Source of the DNA: Longimicrobiales bacterium
GTDB lineage: Bacteria > Gemmatimonadota > Gemmatimonadetes > Longimicrobiales > Gaopeijiaceae
Assembly: GCA_965198065.1 (NCBI GenBank)
Contig: CBDAON010000004.1
Coordinates: forward strand, 1,920,001-1,984,000
Length of the DNA: 64,000 nt
Direction of reading: 5' to 3'
Shown here: positions 16,320 through 25,522 of the stretch, piece by piece
Layout: every line of letters begins with the position of its first letter
Numbering within the stretch: position 1 is the first letter of the stretch
Position numbers and translations under genes: made by a program
The notes under the pieces: model-generated
Told to the model about the DNA's origin: nothing
What the model saw: the letters and a program-made list of their open reading frames with translations, nothing else
Database searches by the model: none

Positions 16320-17522
16320 ATGACCTACAGCGAGAACATCGCGCGGCTACAGCCGTCGGCAACCATGGCCGTGAGCGCCCTCGCGAAGAAGCTCGCCGCC
16401 GAGGGACGGGACATCATCGACTTGAGCGCGGGCGAGCCGGACTTCGACACGCCCGCGTGGATCTCTGAGGCGGCGATCGCGGGGATCCGGGGTGGTAAGA
16501 CGCGTTACACGCCGGCCTCGGGGCTCCCGGAGCTGCGCAAGGCCGTCGCCCAGAGCCTCGTGGCGCGATCGGCGCCGGGGTGGCAGTTGGCCGCGGAGAA
16601 CGTGGTGGTGAGCGCGGGGGCGAAGCAGGCGCTGTTCAACGCATGCTTCTCGGTGTTCGGACCGGGGGACGAGGTTCTCGTGGGGGTTCCGTACTGGACG
16701 AGCTACCCCGAGATGGTGTCACTCGCCCGTGCAGAGCCGGTGTTCGTCACTGGATCCGAGGCGAGGGGGTTCAGCCTCACGCCCGCGGAGCTGGACCGCG
16801 TCCGGACGCCGGTGACCCGAGGGCTGATTCTCTGCACTCCATCGAATCCTTCCGGGGCCGTCTATTCGCTCGATGAGCTTCGCGCGGTCGCGGGGTGGGC
16901 GAAGAAGTACGACATCTGGCTGATCAGCGACGAGATCTATCGATGGATCTACTTCTCCGACGAGAGTGGCGCGGCCCCGGGCCTACTCGACCTCGACCCG
17001 GGCGATGTGGGTCCGTTCGTCCTCGTGGACGGAGTGTCGAAGACATTCGCCATGACGGGATGGCGCGTCGGATACTCGGTCTCGGAGGCGGGGCTCGCCG
17101 GTCAGATCGGCGCCCTCCAGAGCCACACGACGTCGAACGCGGCCACCCCCTCACAGATTGCGGCTCTCGAGGCGCTCACCGAGGGCGATCGGGCGGAGAG
17201 CGTTATCGCGGAAATGGTCGCCGCCTTCCGGCGCCGCCGAGACCTGGTGGTGAGCCGCGTTCGCGAGCGACTCCCGCACCTGTCCTTCGTCGAGCCGCGA
17301 GGAGCGTTCTACCTGTTCCTCAAGGTGGAGGCGGAGTACGGGAGCGGCGTCCGCGGGTCTCAGGACTGGTGCGCTAAAGTGCTCGAGGAGACGGGGGTCG
17401 CCTGCGTGCCGGGCTCCGCGTTCGGAGACGATCGCTACGTTCGAATGAGCTACGCCACGTCGGACGAGCGCTTGGAGGAAGCGATTCGGCGACTGGCGAG
17501 TCGGCTCGTCACGCAGCCGTAA
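16320..17522 (+). CDS. PLP-dependent class I aminotransferase (aspartate aminotransferase-like)
   Basis: GEPDFDTP, TPSNPSG, SDEIY and SKTFAMTGWRVG. Confidence 0.95.
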   Translation: MTYSENIARLQPSATMAVSALAKKLAAEGRDIIDLSAGEPDFDTPAWISEAAIAGIRGGKTRYTPASGLPELRKAVAQSLVARSAPGWQLAAENVVVSAGAKQALFNACFSVFGPGDEVLVGVPYWTSYPEMVSLARAEPVFVTGSEARGFSLTPAELDRVRTPVTRGLILCTPSNPSGAVYSLDELRAVAGWAKKYDIWLISDEIYRWIYFSDESGAAPGLLDLDPGDVGPFVLVDGVSKTFAMTGWRVGYSVSEAGLAGQIGALQSHTTSNAATPSQIAALEALTEGDRAESVIAEMVAAFRRRRDLVVSRVRERLPHLSFVEPRGAFYLFLKVEAEYGSGVRGSQDWCAKVLEETGVACVPGSAFGDDRYVRMSYATSDERLEEAIRRLASRLVTQP

Positions 17523-17527
17523 CCGGC

Positions 17528-18208
17528 GTGGACCCTGTGGAACCTCTGACGGCCACGAGCGAAGCGCTGGGCCCGCTCGAGCGATACGTAGAGCGGTGGT
17601 TCGCCCGCGAGGACGCTCACCTCCGTGCCATCCGGGATGCTATGGGGCGCGAGGGGCTCCCGGCCATTCAGCTTCCGCCGGTCAGCGCCAGGCTACTTCA
17701 GATCCTCCTCCGGGCTGTCGGCGCCAGACGAGTCCTCGAGGTCGGAACGCTCGCCGGGTACTCTGCCCTCTGGATCGCCCGGTCCCTTCCTCCCGGGTTG
17801 AAGCGAGGAGAGGGCCTTCTCACGCTGGAGCGGGACGCGGAGCGCGCGCGGTTGGCCCGGGATCTCCTCGAGGGGGCCGGCGTCTCGGCGCTGGTCGAGG
17901 TCCGGGAGGGAGAGGCTGGAGCGGTCCTGCCGGAGATCGGGCCGGACGGCTCGTTCGACGCGGTCTTTCTGGATGCGGATAAGGAGTCCTTGACCCGGTA
18001 CGTGGCCGAAGCGAGGCGCCTCCTCCGTCCCGGCGGTCTCCTCATCGTGGACAATGCGCTCTGGAAGGGCCGGGTGATCGATCCGGCGGCCGACGATGCG
18101 GCCACTAGGGCGATCCGCCGCACGCACGAAGCGCTGGCCGCGGATCCCGACTTCGACACCACGATCGTCCCCGCGGGTGACGGGCTCCTGGTGGCGCTCA
18201 GACGGTAG
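17528..18208 (+). CDS. O-methyltransferase (caffeoyl-CoA OMT family)
   Basis: VLEVGTLAGYS, FDAVFLDADK and LIVDNALW. Confidence 0.93.
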   Translation: MDPVEPLTATSEALGPLERYVERWFAREDAHLRAIRDAMGREGLPAIQLPPVSARLLQILLRAVGARRVLEVGTLAGYSALWIARSLPPGLKRGEGLLTLERDAERARLARDLLEGAGVSALVEVREGEAGAVLPEIGPDGSFDAVFLDADKESLTRYVAEARRLLRPGGLLIVDNALWKGRVIDPAADDAATRAIRRTHEALAADPDFDTTIVPAGDGLLVALRR

Positions 18209-18238
18209 CGCGCGACCCGCGCCGGTAGGAGCGCGCGC

Positions 18239-19195
18239 TCATCCCATTTCCGCCAGGAGCCTCTCGACGCGTACCCGGACCCCGGCCACGTATCCTTCCC
18301 CAAACAGGTTCACGTGCACGAGGAGAGGGTAGAGCTGGTAGACGTCACTCCTGACGCTGGCGTATCCGGACCCGAGCGGTGCCCGCTCCCGGTAGGCCTC
18401 GAGCGCGGCGGTGGAGAACCCCCCGAAGAGCTCCATCATGGCAATGTCGACTTCCCGGTGACCCCTGTAGAGGGCCGGGTCGAGGAGAACCGGCTCTCCA
18501 GAGACGTCCACGAGGACGTTTCCGCTCCACAGATCTCCGTGGAGCATCGAGAGCCCGTCGTTTTCCCGACCACGGAGCGCGTCGTCCAGGCGGTCGAGGA
18601 GTCGATCCCACAGCCGCTTCGTCCGCGACTCGAACCGTCCGGAGGCAAGACGCCACTGGGGGAGGAGCCGAGCATCTCGCCAGAACGTCGGCCAGCTCGG
18701 CCCGACGCTCCCGGGCAGGCGATTCCGCTGGGGGAGCGAGCCGATCCATCCGTCCTCCTCCCATCCGGGCTCCGCTCCCGGAATGGGTCGATGGAGCCGG
18801 GCGAGCCCGTGCCCCAAGCGCTCGTCCGTAGTGGGTCCGATTCGTCCGGACTCGATGAGCTCGAGCGCGAGCCATCCGCGCTGGCCCGGCTCCCCCTGCG
18901 CGAAGCCGAGGACCTCAGGGACGCGAAGGGCGCGTCGCGACCGGAGGGCCTCGAGCCCCCTGGCTTCCACACCGAAGCCGGTGAGCCCCGGCTCTCGGGA
19001 CCACTTGAGGAACACCGGCGCTCCGTCGGGCACGTCCAGGTGGGCCGCCGGGCTGATGCACCCGCCCCCGATCCTCGTGGCAGTGAGGGCGACGGGGCGC
19101 GTGCCTGGGGCCACGACGGACGCCACGTCGCGGAGGACGTCAGAGGGGACCCCGCGCGAACGGTGGCCGCCGCTGGGGACGCGCCCGGAGGTCAC
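18239..19195 (-). CDS. Fructosamine kinase family protein
   Basis: IGGGCIS, LHGDLWSGN, DPALYRGHREVDIAM and YQLYPLLVHVNLFG. Confidence 0.93.
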   Translation of the reverse strand: MTSGRVPSGGHRSRGVPSDVLRDVASVVAPGTRPVALTATRIGGGCISPAAHLDVPDGAPVFLKWSREPGLTGFGVEARGLEALRSRRALRVPEVLGFAQGEPGQRGWLALELIESGRIGPTTDERLGHGLARLHRPIPGAEPGWEEDGWIGSLPQRNRLPGSVGPSWPTFWRDARLLPQWRLASGRFESRTKRLWDRLLDRLDDALRGRENDGLSMLHGDLWSGNVLVDVSGEPVLLDPALYRGHREVDIAMMELFGGFSTAALEAYRERAPLGSGYASVRSDVYQLYPLLVHVNLFGEGYVAGVRVRVERLLAEMG

Positions 19196-19698
19196 GGCGA
19201 CGCTCGCTCCTCCAGGAGGTCGAGGAGTCGGACGCAGGAGCGCCGGACCATCTCGAACACACGCTCGAATCCGTCCGGACCTCCGTAGTACGGGTCCGGC
19301 ACGTCCAGATCGCCGCCCGCCGCCGGGTCGTAGTCCCTGAGGAGCGCCAGCTCCGCTCCACCGAGGGCGTCCCCGCGGAGCTCCACAAGCGCCCGGAGGT
19401 TCTCCCCATCCATCGCGACGATGAGGTCGAACTCGCGGAAGTCCTCGCCCCGCACCTGGCGAGCGGATCCCCCGAGCCGGATACCGTGCCTCCGGGCCAC
19501 TACCGCCGACCGGGCGTCCGGAGGCTCTCCCACGTGCCAGCCGCCGGTTCCGGCCGAGTCGGCGCGATATCGCCCAGCGGCCCCTCGCTCCCCGGTGAGA
19601 TGCGCGAAGACGCCCTCCGCGAGGGGGGAGCGGCAGATGTTGCCGAGGCAGACGAAGAGCACGGAGATGGGGCGAGCCCCGGGATCCGATGGCGTCAT
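19192..19698 (-). CDS. Low-molecular-weight protein-tyrosine phosphatase
   Basis: VCLGNICRS P-loop and DVPDPYYG. Confidence 0.95.
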   Translation of the reverse strand: MTPSDPGARPISVLFVCLGNICRSPLAEGVFAHLTGERGAAGRYRADSAGTGGWHVGEPPDARSAVVARRHGIRLGGSARQVRGEDFREFDLIVAMDGENLRALVELRGDALGGAELALLRDYDPAAGGDLDVPDPYYGGPDGFERVFEMVRRSCVRLLDLLEERASP

Positions 19699-19867
19699 TA
19701 CGCTTCCGGTCGGGCGTGGGTGGAATCGACCTGCTAAACTATACGGAGCGGTTGGCCCGCCAGCAGTCCCACTCGCGGGGGAGCCGCCCCCACATCCGCC
19801 GCGAAGCAGCCACCTCAAACCGTCCGTGGGGCGACAACGTGTCCCCGCTCAGGGGGAGATCCCGGCC

Positions 19868-21121
19868 TTGGAAGAAGGGAAGAGCTTCGACGCCCTCGGG
19901 CTGTCGCCGGAGCGCCACGACGTGATTCACGGGCTCGGATGGGTCACGCCCACTCCGATCCAGTGGAAGGCAATTCCCGCGGCGCTGGAGGGGCGCGACA
20001 TCGTCGGCATCGCGCAGACCGGGACCGGGAAGACCGGCGCGTTCGTCCTTCCCTCCTTGGAGCGCATTCGACTGGAGGAGGGGCTTCAGGTCCTGGTCCT
20101 CTGCCCGACCCGCGAGCTGGCGTTACAGGTCGCCGAGGACGCGAGGGAGCTGGCTCGCGGGACTGGACTCAGAACAGGCGAGATCGTCGGTGGGGTGGGG
20201 TACGGGCCGCAGATCGAGGCGCTCCGGAAGGGTTACGAGATCCTCACGGCCACGCCGGGCCGCTTCAACGATCACCTGGATCGCGGCAACGTCGACCTCT
20301 CCCGGCTCCGGATCCTGGTTCTGGACGAAGCGGACCGCATGCTGGATATGGGGTTTCGTCCGCAGATCGAGAGCGTCCTGAAAAAGTCGCCGGCCGCCCG
20401 CCAAATCATGCTCTTTTCTGCCACCATGCCGCACGGCGTGCATGCGCTGGCGCTCCAGATTAGCAAGGATGCCGTTTGGGTGGAGGCGGCTCCGGCGGGC
20501 ACCACCGCCGAGGGGATCGAGGAGGCGGTCTACACCGTCCGCCCGGACAACAAGCCCGAGCTGCTCGCGCGCCTTCTTCGCGACCCCAGCTGGGATCAGG
20601 TGCTCGTCTTCACGCGCACCAAGGCGGGAGCCGAGGTGCTCCGCGGGAGGCTCCAAAGGGAGGCGATCCGCGTGGACAGCCTCCACGCGGACCGTCCCAT
20701 GCGCGAGCGCACGAGAGCCCTGGAGCGTTTCGCGGCGGGCGAGGTGACCGTGCTCGTCGCGACGGACGTCGCGCAGCGAGGGCTCGACGTGGAGGGCATC
20801 TCGCATGTGGTGAACTACGACATCCCGCTCGATCCGGAGGACTATGTGCATCGCATCGGTCGCACGGGCCGGGCGGGCGCGGTCGGTACGGCGATCACCT
20901 TCGTGACCGGTGCGGATCTGGGCCACCTCCGCTCGATCGAGCACAGGCTCGGGCGCTCCCTCGAGCGGCGGTCCGTGCCCGAGTTGGACTACGCGGGGGT
21001 GTCTGGAGATCGACAGGACAGGGATCGGAACCCACATTCCCGGTCCGGCCGGAGGATCGGCACCCGGTCGGCGAGCGACCTGACCGAGGAGGAGCTCGAC
21101 GCCCTCCTGAAGGGACGGTGA
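19868..21121 (+). CDS. DEAD-box RNA helicase (RhlE-like)
   Basis: AQTGTGKT, PTRELA, DEAD, SAT and HRIGRTGRAG all intact; TTG start inferred from an upstream RBS. Confidence 0.95.
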   Translation: MEEGKSFDALGLSPERHDVIHGLGWVTPTPIQWKAIPAALEGRDIVGIAQTGTGKTGAFVLPSLERIRLEEGLQVLVLCPTRELALQVAEDARELARGTGLRTGEIVGGVGYGPQIEALRKGYEILTATPGRFNDHLDRGNVDLSRLRILVLDEADRMLDMGFRPQIESVLKKSPAARQIMLFSATMPHGVHALALQISKDAVWVEAAPAGTTAEGIEEAVYTVRPDNKPELLARLLRDPSWDQVLVFTRTKAGAEVLRGRLQREAIRVDSLHADRPMRERTRALERFAAGEVTVLVATDVAQRGLDVEGISHVVNYDIPLDPEDYVHRIGRTGRAGAVGTAITFVTGADLGHLRSIEHRLGRSLERRSVPELDYAGVSGDRQDRDRNPHSRSGRRIGTRSASDLTEEELDALLKGR

Positions 21122-21137
21122 GACGGGGGGACAGCGC

Positions 21138-21551
21138 ATGCTCTTTCGGCGGTATGGTTCGTCCATCCACAGGGTGGATCCGGACTTCGACCCCAACGCC
21201 ATGAACGAGATATCGTTTCGACGCGACCGCGCCGCTTCGTTTCCGTCTGACGAGCTTACGGTGGGCTACGAGAAGCTCCGTGAGGTGGCCCTCAGGGGAG
21301 AAACGGACGGGCCGGTGCAGACCGAGGCGGAGGCCCGTCTCCTGGAGGACCTGCGAGCCCGGCTGGACGGACTCGTCGCCGACCTCGGCGAAGGCGAGAT
21401 CCTGCTCGTGGAGAACGAGCGGGGTTTGGACTACCCCAGGGTGAAGGATCACAAGCGGGGGATCATGAAGGAGGGGGAGAACCGCCTCCACTTCCACTGG
21501 ACGGTGGATCCGCCCCTCCGGATCGGCGTCTATCGCCGGCGGGGACCGTGA
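21138..21551 (+). CDS. Hypothetical protein
   Basis: 137-aa ORF with ATG and RBS, in operon position. Confidence 0.7.
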   Translation: MLFRRYGSSIHRVDPDFDPNAMNEISFRRDRAASFPSDELTVGYEKLREVALRGETDGPVQTEAEARLLEDLRARLDGLVADLGEGEILLVENERGLDYPRVKDHKRGIMKEGENRLHFHWTVDPPLRIGVYRRRGP

Positions 21552-22135
21552 GTCGAAGGAGAGGCGACCGCACTCGGGGACGAGACGCCGGCCGCGGCTC
21601 ACCGTCGAGAAGGTGGCTCGTCGGGGCCCTGGTGCTCTCCGGTGTCCTCGGGTGCACGTTCGAGAGAAGGGCGGAGCCAGAGCCCGAGGACGCGCCGGCG
21701 GAGGAAGAGGCTACCCGGCCCGCTCCGGAGGGCGCAGGCACGGAGATCGGAGCCGCGCCCCTCGAGACAGTCGAGTTGTTCAGGGAATCGGTGGCCGCAG
21801 GAGACCTGTCGCTCGCCCTGGCGCTGCTGGACCGTGAGGCCACCCTCGTGGACGAGCTCGTGGGCGAGGCCTCGGAGGCGCGGACCCGCGGGGAACTCCT
21901 GCTCGAGCTGCGAAGGCAGCACGCGGCCGGGCTGGTGTTCGACCCGCTTGGACCTCCGGCCACGATCATTTCGGGCGAGAGCGCGCTCGTCGTGAGCCGC
22001 TTCACCGTGCTCCGCGAGACCGAGGGCGGCGCGAGGGAGGAGCTGGGCCGGGTGCACGAGACGGTCTTTCTGCTCGCTTTGCCGGACGGGTGGAGAATCC
22101 GGCATCTGCACCGCTCGCTCGCGTCAGACGCTTGA
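21548..22135 (+). CDS. Putative lipoprotein with NTF2-like fold
   Basis: Lipobox VLGC; C-terminal ETVFLLALPDGWRIRHLHRS typical of NTF2/DUF4440 proteins. Confidence 0.7.
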   Translation: MSRRRGDRTRGRDAGRGSPSRRWLVGALVLSGVLGCTFERRAEPEPEDAPAEEEATRPAPEGAGTEIGAAPLETVELFRESVAAGDLSLALALLDREATLVDELVGEASEARTRGELLLELRRQHAAGLVFDPLGPPATIISGESALVVSRFTVLRETEGGAREELGRVHETVFLLALPDGWRIRHLHRSLASDA

Positions 22136-22192
22136 GGAAGGCGTTTCCGGGGGAGGCGCCTCGGCGAACGACGTGAAAGTTAGCGGCCTGCG

Positions 22193-23101
22193 TCAGCCGC
22201 TGGAGGGCGGCGGCTCGTCCGGAATCTCGGGGTCCGCGATGCAGTTCCGCCCCTGGTCTTTGGCCCGGAGGAGAGCCTGGTCGGCCAGGCGGTACAGGGA
22301 GTTGGGGTCCCGCCCATGATCCGGGCACGTCACATATCCGCCAGACACGGTGAGCTTCAGCTCCGACCCGACCGCGCGGGCCACCTCCGGCCCGGCCGCC
22401 GGAGCCAGGATCGCGAACTCCTCTCCCCCGACCCGGAACGGGGCGTCCGCCGCACGCGTGTGCTCGGTGAGGATCCTCCCGAGCCACTTCAGGACCTCGT
22501 CCCCCACGTCGTGGCCGAGCGAATCGTTCACCAGCTTGAACTGGTCGACGTCCATCAGGATAAGGGAGAACTGGTCCCCGTAGCGGCGCGCCCGGTCGCC
22601 CTCCTCGGCCAGGCGCTCGTGAAACGCCCGGCGATTCAGGAGTCCGGTGAGGGGGTCCTTCAGGGCCTGCTCGCTCAGGCCCCCCATTTGGGCGTCGGCG
22701 GACCGTATGCGACGCGACAGCACCTCCAGGAGTCGGAACGCGAGCCCGGACGACGACTGGACGACCTGCCGGAAGTCGTCCTTGGCCAGCATGAGGGTCG
22801 TGGTCGGCTCGAGGGTATGCACCGTTGCACTCCGGGGTTCGTCGTTCAGGAGCGCCATCTCTCCAAAGAAGTCGCCTGGTCCCAGTCGAGCCAGCTCGAA
22901 GTCCTGGTTCAGGCCCGGATAGAGGATCTGGACGCTGCCGCTCACGACGATGTAAAGGGAGTCCCCGGGCTCTCCAACCGTGACCACGTTGCGCCCTGCC
23001 GGAAAGCCCGCCTCCGTGGTGAGCCCCTGAAGGCGGTCCACCTCCTCCACGGTGAGCCCGGCAAAGAGCGGAATGCGGGTGAGCAGGCCGGCGTACGACA
23101 T
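22193..23101 (-). CDS. cNMP-binding domain diguanylate cyclase
   Basis: cNMP FFGEMALLNDEPRSATV; GGDEF domain DPLTGLLNRR, DVDQFKLVND, RAAD I-site and GGEEF. Confidence 0.92.
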   Translation of the reverse strand: MSYAGLLTRIPLFAGLTVEEVDRLQGLTTEAGFPAGRNVVTVGEPGDSLYIVVSGSVQILYPGLNQDFELARLGPGDFFGEMALLNDEPRSATVHTLEPTTTLMLAKDDFRQVVQSSSGLAFRLLEVLSRRIRSADAQMGGLSEQALKDPLTGLLNRRAFHERLAEEGDRARRYGDQFSLILMDVDQFKLVNDSLGHDVGDEVLKWLGRILTEHTRAADAPFRVGGEEFAILAPAAGPEVARAVGSELKLTVSGGYVTCPDHGRDPNSLYRLADQALLRAKDQGRNCIADPEIPDEPPPSSG

Positions 23102-23105
23102 CCCG

Positions 23106-23819
23106 CTACCGATCCTGGCTTCCGGTCACCCGGATCCGGGTGGCCAGCTCACAGCCGATCGTCTGGAGCGCCCCGGTCGAGCCGCCGACCCGGATCGTGA
23201 TGGGTCCGTTGAAGGGAGCCCTCGCGTCCACTGACAGGATCACGCCGGGGAGCAGACCCCGAGCCTCGAGGTAGCGGAGCCGGTCGGGATTGTCGTCGGC
23301 GACCGCGCGGATCTGCACCCGCTCCCCCGGGCTCGCGTCGGCCAGCGTCTGGTGATCCGTCGTCTCCACCCGCCCCTCCCTCGTCGGGATCGGGGCCCCG
23401 TGCGGGTCGTGGCGGGGGTCCTCCAGGGCGTGGGCCATTCGGTCGATGAGGTCGTCCGAGGCGGCGTGCTCGAGGCGCTCGGCCTCCTCGTGGACGTCGC
23501 CCCAGGAGTAGCCGAGGCGCTGACTCAGGTAGGTCTCGAGTATCCGATGCCTGCGGATTATGCGCAGGGCCTCACGCGTCCCCTCCAGGCTGAGGCGCAC
23601 CCCCCGGTAGGGGGCGTGCTCGACGTAGCCCTCCTCGGCCAGGCGCTTGATCATCCCGCTCACGGAGGCCGGCTGGACGTCCAGACTGACGGCGATCTGG
23701 CTCGTTGAGGCCGCTTCGCCCTTCTCGGAAAGGCCGTAGATCACCTTGAGGTAATCCTCGACTGAGCGCGAAAGTACGGGAAACTCGTCGGGCATGAAGC
23801 GCGGGGGTTGGGTGGCCAT
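23106..23819 (-). CDS. DtxR/MntR family metal-dependent regulator with FeoA domain
   Basis: SVEDYLKVIY, RRHRILETYL, EAERLEH and DPHGAPIP; start approximate. Confidence 0.93.
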   Translation of the reverse strand: MATQPPRFMPDEFPVLSRSVEDYLKVIYGLSEKGEAASTSQIAVSLDVQPASVSGMIKRLAEEGYVEHAPYRGVRLSLEGTREALRIIRRHRILETYLSQRLGYSWGDVHEEAERLEHAASDDLIDRMAHALEDPRHDPHGAPIPTREGRVETTDHQTLADASPGERVQIRAVADDNPDRLRYLEARGLLPGVILSVDARAPFNGPITIRVGGSTGALQTIGCELATRIRVTGSQDR

Positions 23820-23962
23820 CGGGACGGCGTCGAATGTACTCCGTGCGTAGAAGGTCGTCGAGTGGGGCCACGGCGTAATCATATGTTTACCGCACCTTCG
23901 TAATTGTAGTACATTTCGGGTCCTTGGGCTGACATGACCCCGCCCTGTGCACGGAGGTCGTC

Positions 23963-24199
23963 TTGAGCGATTCGGTGACGGTGGATACCAAGCGGATCCT
24001 TCTGCGCTATGGAGTCCCGATCCGCGTTCTGGACAAGATAGGGGAGAAACAGAGGATCGCCTTCGCCCGGGACGTGAGCCGCACCCCCGTGCCGGATCGG
24101 AGCCAGCGGCTCCGTGAGCTGCTCGTCGAGGGCGGCTATCTCAAGCCCGATCCCGAAGGGGATAAGAAGAGGAAGGGGAGGAGGAAGGCCAGGAAGTAA
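23963..24199 (+). CDS. Small hypothetical protein
   Basis: GGAGG RBS before TTG; 78 aa. Confidence 0.6.
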   Translation: MSDSVTVDTKRILLRYGVPIRVLDKIGEKQRIAFARDVSRTPVPDRSQRLRELLVEGGYLKPDPEGDKKRKGRRKARK

Positions 24200-24200
24200 C

Positions 24201-25457
24201 CTACCTCACCCGCGAATCGACGTCGGTCTCCCCTTCCGACCGGGCGATGATCGCGGCGCCGCACGAATCGCTGAAGACGTTCACGGCCGTCCGGTACATG
24301 TCGAGCGGACGGTCGATCGCGAGCATCGAGCCGACGATCAGGTTCACCTCCGGCCCTCGCAGGTTGATGGCTTCCAGTACGATGAAGATCACGACCAGTC
24401 CCGCGGACGGGATGGCCGCCGCCCCGATCGATGCCAAGAGCGCCGTGAGCACGACGATCCCCTGCTGGACGAAAGAGAGCTCGAATCCCATCACCTGCGC
24501 GATGAAGAGGGCGCCGACACACTCGAAGAGGGCCGTCCCGTCCATGTTCACCGTGGCCCCCATCGGGAGTACGAAAGAAGCTACCCGGTTCGAGACCCCG
24601 ACCTTCTCCTCGACGTGAGCCAGAGTGACCGGGAGCGTGGCCGCGGACGAGCTGGTCGAGAAGGCCACCAGGAGCGGGTCCCTCATGTTTGCGAAGTGGA
24701 TGCGGGGTGAGATCCTCCCCATTGCGATGAGGAGCAGGGGGAGCGTCACGAACAGGTGGATCGTCAGTCCCGAGGCGAGCGTCAGCATGTAAAGGGCGAG
24801 CGCCCGGAACCCTCCGAACCCCGTCGTGCCGACCATCGTCGTAATGAGGGCGAACACGCCGATCGGCAGGAACGCGATGATTCCGGTCGTGAGCTTCATC
24901 ATGGCGTGGAAGAGAGCGTTGAACAGCTCCGTGAGGCGGACCCGGCTCGGCTCGGGCAGCACGGTAATCGACGCCCCGAACACGATCGAAAAGAAGATGA
25001 TCGCGAGCATGTCCGCGCTCGCCGCCGCCTGGAGCACGTTCTCCGGCACGATCGCGACCAGCAGATCGATGGGAGAGCCGGGCGTTGCCAGCTCGGGGAG
25101 ATCCTGGGTCGCCGCCTGGGACAGGTTAGAGCCCGCACCGGGGCGGATGACGTTGACCACGGCGACAGCGATGAGGACCGCGAGCAGGCTGGACAGGACA
25201 TAATAGCCGAGCGTCTTGCTGAAGAGACGACCGATCGTGGCGCCCGCCCCCACCGAAGCCACGCCGGAGACGATCGACGCCACGACCAACGGCACGATCA
25301 CCATGCGGAGCAGCCGGATGAAGAGGTCGCCGACCCACCCGATCGCGTTGGCAGCCGGCTCGCCGAACACGGCCCCTGTGACGATCCCGAGCGCCATAGC
25401 CACTAGGACCTGCCAGTGGAGGCGACGGTACCACGGAGCGTTGGTCTCTAGGGACAT
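24201..25457 (-). CDS. Dicarboxylate/amino acid:cation symporter (DAACS)
   Basis: AFSTSSSAATLP, GATVNMDG and DMYRTAVNV. Confidence 0.95.
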   Translation of the reverse strand: MSLETNAPWYRRLHWQVLVAMALGIVTGAVFGEPAANAIGWVGDLFIRLLRMVIVPLVVASIVSGVASVGAGATIGRLFSKTLGYYVLSSLLAVLIAVAVVNVIRPGAGSNLSQAATQDLPELATPGSPIDLLVAIVPENVLQAAASADMLAIIFFSIVFGASITVLPEPSRVRLTELFNALFHAMMKLTTGIIAFLPIGVFALITTMVGTTGFGGFRALALYMLTLASGLTIHLFVTLPLLLIAMGRISPRIHFANMRDPLLVAFSTSSSAATLPVTLAHVEEKVGVSNRVASFVLPMGATVNMDGTALFECVGALFIAQVMGFELSFVQQGIVVLTALLASIGAAAIPSAGLVVIFIVLEAINLRGPEVNLIVGSMLAIDRPLDMYRTAVNVFSDSCGAAIIARSEGETDVDSRVR

Positions 25458-25522
25458 CGCTCGCTGGTTGAAGGTGGGGCCGGGCCAGGGGAGAGTAGGC
25501 GGCGCCGGGCCGCCCGGCAAAC

